Source: a virus | Taxonomy: Duplodnaviria; Caudoviricetes | DNA: 55,568 nucleotides | Virus record (IMG/VR): IMGVR_UViG_3300009157_000022 | Location: 1 to 55,568 of that record | Direction: 5' to 3' (one strand) | In this document: one piece after another, positions 53,148 to 55,568 of the stretch | Layout: the number at the start of each line of letters is the position of its first letter | Position numbering within the stretch: position 1 is the stretch's first letter | The notes under the pieces: generated by a model | What the model was told of the DNA's origin: nothing | What the model saw: the letters and a program-made list of their open reading frames with translations, nothing else | The model's database searches: none | Translations under genes and position numbers: made by a program

Positions 53148-54296
53148 CTAGCCGGCGGACTCCAGCAATCGATTGATCTCCGCGGTGTCGATCTGCGGCT
53201 TCTCAGCTGGCTCGCTCCGGTCCCTGGCGAACTCGCCTATCGGCATCGGGTCGGCCGCGTGCGTCGTCCCGCCGAGCTCGCGGACCCGGCGCACCACAGC
53301 CGGCACCGTGCCGCGCTTGCACCCGAGTTGCTTGGCCGCGCGCTCGATCGCAGCCTTGCTTGTCGTGTGCTCGATCGCGACCGACTCAAACTCCTTGGCC
53401 GACTCGCCGACGACCTCGCGGATCGCTTGCATAGCGACCGAGCCCGACAGCCGCTCGTTACCCTTACGGACGTAGCGGCCGAACATGCGACCGTTGCCCA
53501 AGTCGATGGGGCCGTGGTCGTCTACGTACGTGTTCAGACGCTGACGAGCCGCGGTAACGATCTGCTCAACGCGAACGATCTGCTCGTAGGCCACGGCCGC
53601 GGTCTCTGGCGTGACGCTCTCGCCGATGACGACCAGCCCGGACATCTGGCCGATGAGAGCTACCTTCGAGGGACAAACATGTTTCGAAGCGCAGTGCTTG
53701 CACCAGGAGCCCTCGCGCGTATCGAGAACTTCGCCGCGTTGCTTGGCCGCTTGCAACTCGGGCACACGGCGGTGGAGCCACTCGAGCCGGCCGGCGAACT
53801 CGGCCAGGTCAAGCGCGTCGAGCGTGTGCTCGTCGCAGCGGTTGCCCTGTTTGGTGTAGACGATGCGGAGCACCACCTTGGACTTGCCAAGCGCGGTTGC
53901 GGCGGCGAGACCGTATCCCCAGAGTTGCCAGTTTCGCGACGCTGGATCGACGTCGGCATAGCCTGACTTCCAGTCGAGCACGAACACGGTATCGCCTTCG
54001 ACCCACAGGCGATCGATCGACCCAGCAATCTCGAACGGCCCGAGCGCGCCGTACTCTCGACCGTCCCCGTCACCGAGAAACCGTGCCGTGCGCGCCGCGA
54101 CGTCGTAAGCAATCTTGACCTCGGCACGCGAGTGATCCGGGCACAGGTGCGCCAGTTCGTCGGGAACGTCGGCGGCCAAGTCGGCGTGCGAGTCCTGCCC
54201 CATGCCCGCCCACTCCGAGTAGTTCTCGGCGCGCTCAAGCACGGCAGACGCGGTGCAATTAAGCAACCGCGGCAGAGCGGACATGGTGAGCAGCAT
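53148..54296 (-). CDS. PD-(D/E)XK exonuclease (RecB/Cas4-like)
   Basis: GSIDRL, VLDWKSG, QLWGYGL, WCKHCASKHVCP. Confidence 0.85.
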   Translation of the reverse strand: MLLTMSALPRLLNCTASAVLERAENYSEWAGMGQDSHADLAADVPDELAHLCPDHSRAEVKIAYDVAARTARFLGDGDGREYGALGPFEIAGSIDRLWVEGDTVFVLDWKSGYADVDPASRNWQLWGYGLAAATALGKSKVVLRIVYTKQGNRCDEHTLDALDLAEFAGRLEWLHRRVPELQAAKQRGEVLDTREGSWCKHCASKHVCPSKVALIGQMSGLVVIGESVTPETAAVAYEQIVRVEQIVTAARQRLNTYVDDHGPIDLGNGRMFGRYVRKGNERLSGSVAMQAIREVVGESAKEFESVAIEHTTSKAAIERAAKQLGCKRGTVPAVVRRVRELGGTTHAADPMPIGEFARDRSEPAEKPQIDTAEINRLLESAG

Positions 54297-55225
54297 TAGG
54301 CCGCGACTCCTTCAAGCGAGCGCTTGCGAGCCTCGTAGACCGCAATCGCTCGATCGTACTGCGGGGTTCCCTTAGTGGGCTTTCCTGGCCCCGTCGCAAC
54401 GCTGGTTAGGTCTGCCACGGTTGCAGCCTTCTCCATCGCTACGAGGTAGTCGGCGAACACTTTGTCGAGCTCGGCGGAGACGGGTTCGGGCTTGGCCGGC
54501 TCGACAACGCGCGGGGCGGGCGCAACGCCGCTGCTGAGCCACTCACGGAGTTGCTTCGCCAGTTTCTCGCCTGGCTTCTCGATGATGTCGCCCACGCCAA
54601 TCGCCGAGCATCGCGACTTGCTCACGATCAACTCGTGGGACAGGTTCATGTCCCCGACGATTGTGAACTCGTAGTCCAGGCCGTCGCGCTGGATCGGTGC
54701 CAGTCCAACCTTGCGCGGCGCGCTCTTGCCGGTCTTCTCGTCTTTCTCTAGGACGTATTCCATCTTGCTGCGCAGGGTCGCGATCAGGTGCGACTTGCAC
54801 GACAGCATCGTGTCAACGAGCCGATTGTGTTTCGGGGTGACATCCCGCCACGCGGTGAAGTTGTTGGCCTTGCCTTCGCGCTTGGCGATCTTGTCGACCT
54901 GCTCGAGTGCGCCGTCCTTGCCGGCCCATGCGTGCGAGAGCGAGTCGATGACAATCACGTCGTACCCGGCATCTTCGGCCGCACCGATTGCCTCGACGTA
55001 ATCCTCGGGTCCGTGACGTTCCAGATCGAGCGTGTCGAACGTGAACCGATCTGCATAGAGCGACGCGGAGCCGCGCTCGGTGTCGATCAGCGCGACACGA
55101 CCACCGGGCACAAGGTGCATCGCAATCGAAAGAGCGGAGTAGGTCTTGCCGCTGCCGGCGAGACCGATGAGAGCGAGACGGAGCTTTGCCTGTTCTTTGG
55201 TTGCGCGTTTGAATGAGAGAGACAT
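54296..55225 (-). CDS. AAA_24 ATPase (Sak4-like recombinase)
   Basis: GLAGSGKT, IDTERGSA, VIDSLSHAW, GLAPIQR..YEF. Confidence 0.88.
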   Translation of the reverse strand: MSLSFKRATKEQAKLRLALIGLAGSGKTYSALSIAMHLVPGGRVALIDTERGSASLYADRFTFDTLDLERHGPEDYVEAIGAAEDAGYDVIVIDSLSHAWAGKDGALEQVDKIAKREGKANNFTAWRDVTPKHNRLVDTMLSCKSHLIATLRSKMEYVLEKDEKTGKSAPRKVGLAPIQRDGLDYEFTIVGDMNLSHELIVSKSRCSAIGVGDIIEKPGEKLAKQLREWLSSGVAPAPRVVEPAKPEPVSAELDKVFADYLVAMEKAATVADLTSVATGPGKPTKGTPQYDRAIAVYEARKRSLEGVAA

Positions 55226-55291
55226 GTTTGGTTTTTCCTTTCGAACCCGGCGCACGAGTCGAACGCGCGCTGCGACCATCCGGGCTACCGC

Positions 55292-55568
55292 TCAGAACGG
55301 GGTATCGCCGTCCGCTCTGGCTGCCTCATCGAGCCATTTGTTCATGTCCTCGAGGTCGCGGCGTTCAGGCGGAACGATCGGCGGCGAGTATGTGCCGACA
55401 TTTCGAACCGCCGACCACTCGCGCACCTCGTCGGTCTCGGGATTTTTCCAGTTCGCGATCTGGACTTCGATCGGCACCGACTTGGCGGCCCCGAGAATTT
55501 GCTTTGAAATCTTCGCCTGCGCCTCCTTTGGATCGGTCGGGAGAGCCGAACCGTACCAGTCAAGTTCA
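55292..55568 (-). CDS. Probable ssDNA-binding protein (5'-truncated)
   Basis: Acidic tail ending DGDTPF; upstream of Sak4-like gene. Confidence 0.55.
   Translation of the reverse strand, partial: ELDWYGSALPTDPKEAQAKISKQILGAAKSVPIEVQIANWKNPETDEVREWSAVRNVGTYSPPIVPPERRDLEDMNKWLDEAARADGDTPF

Overview
This window is a near-complete, GC-rich temperate siphovirus-like phage genome in excised form: an intact attP (3' half of tRNA-Phe, flanked by 17-bp direct repeats) sits next to a tyrosine integrase. It appears opened inside the leftward early operon, because both window ends truncate minus-strand early genes. Gene order: leftward early genes; cI/cro switch with CTAAG-N5-CTTAG operators; lipoprotein moron; cII-like gene; intein-containing SF2 helicase, VRR-NUC and primase/VirE; putative origin; MTase, HNH and HAD nucleotidase; terminase, portal and head genes; a reverse-oriented fibre cassette; tail tube, HNH, frameshifted chaperone and tape measure; a signal-peptide fibre/lipoprotein cassette; DUF2163-type tail tip; holin/spanin/amidase lysis genes; attP/int/xis; recombination genes. 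The two-component spanin implies a diderm host; the Cys-rich lipoproteins weakly suggest Myxococcota (inference). Most notable: (1) a genome-wide promoter regulon, AATCGACCC-N16/18-SACNNT, lying 28-31 nt upstream of mostly leaderless start codons; (2) an HNH gene that takes over the first 10 codons of a nucleotidase gene and rebuilds them downstream as a synonymously recoded copy; (3) a second HNH inserted in, and regenerating, the promoter motif; (4) a 1046-aa tail-fibre-like protein with a Sec signal peptide; (5) a D-armless tRNA-like RNA. Family assignments are from motif recognition and synteny; no database searches were run.
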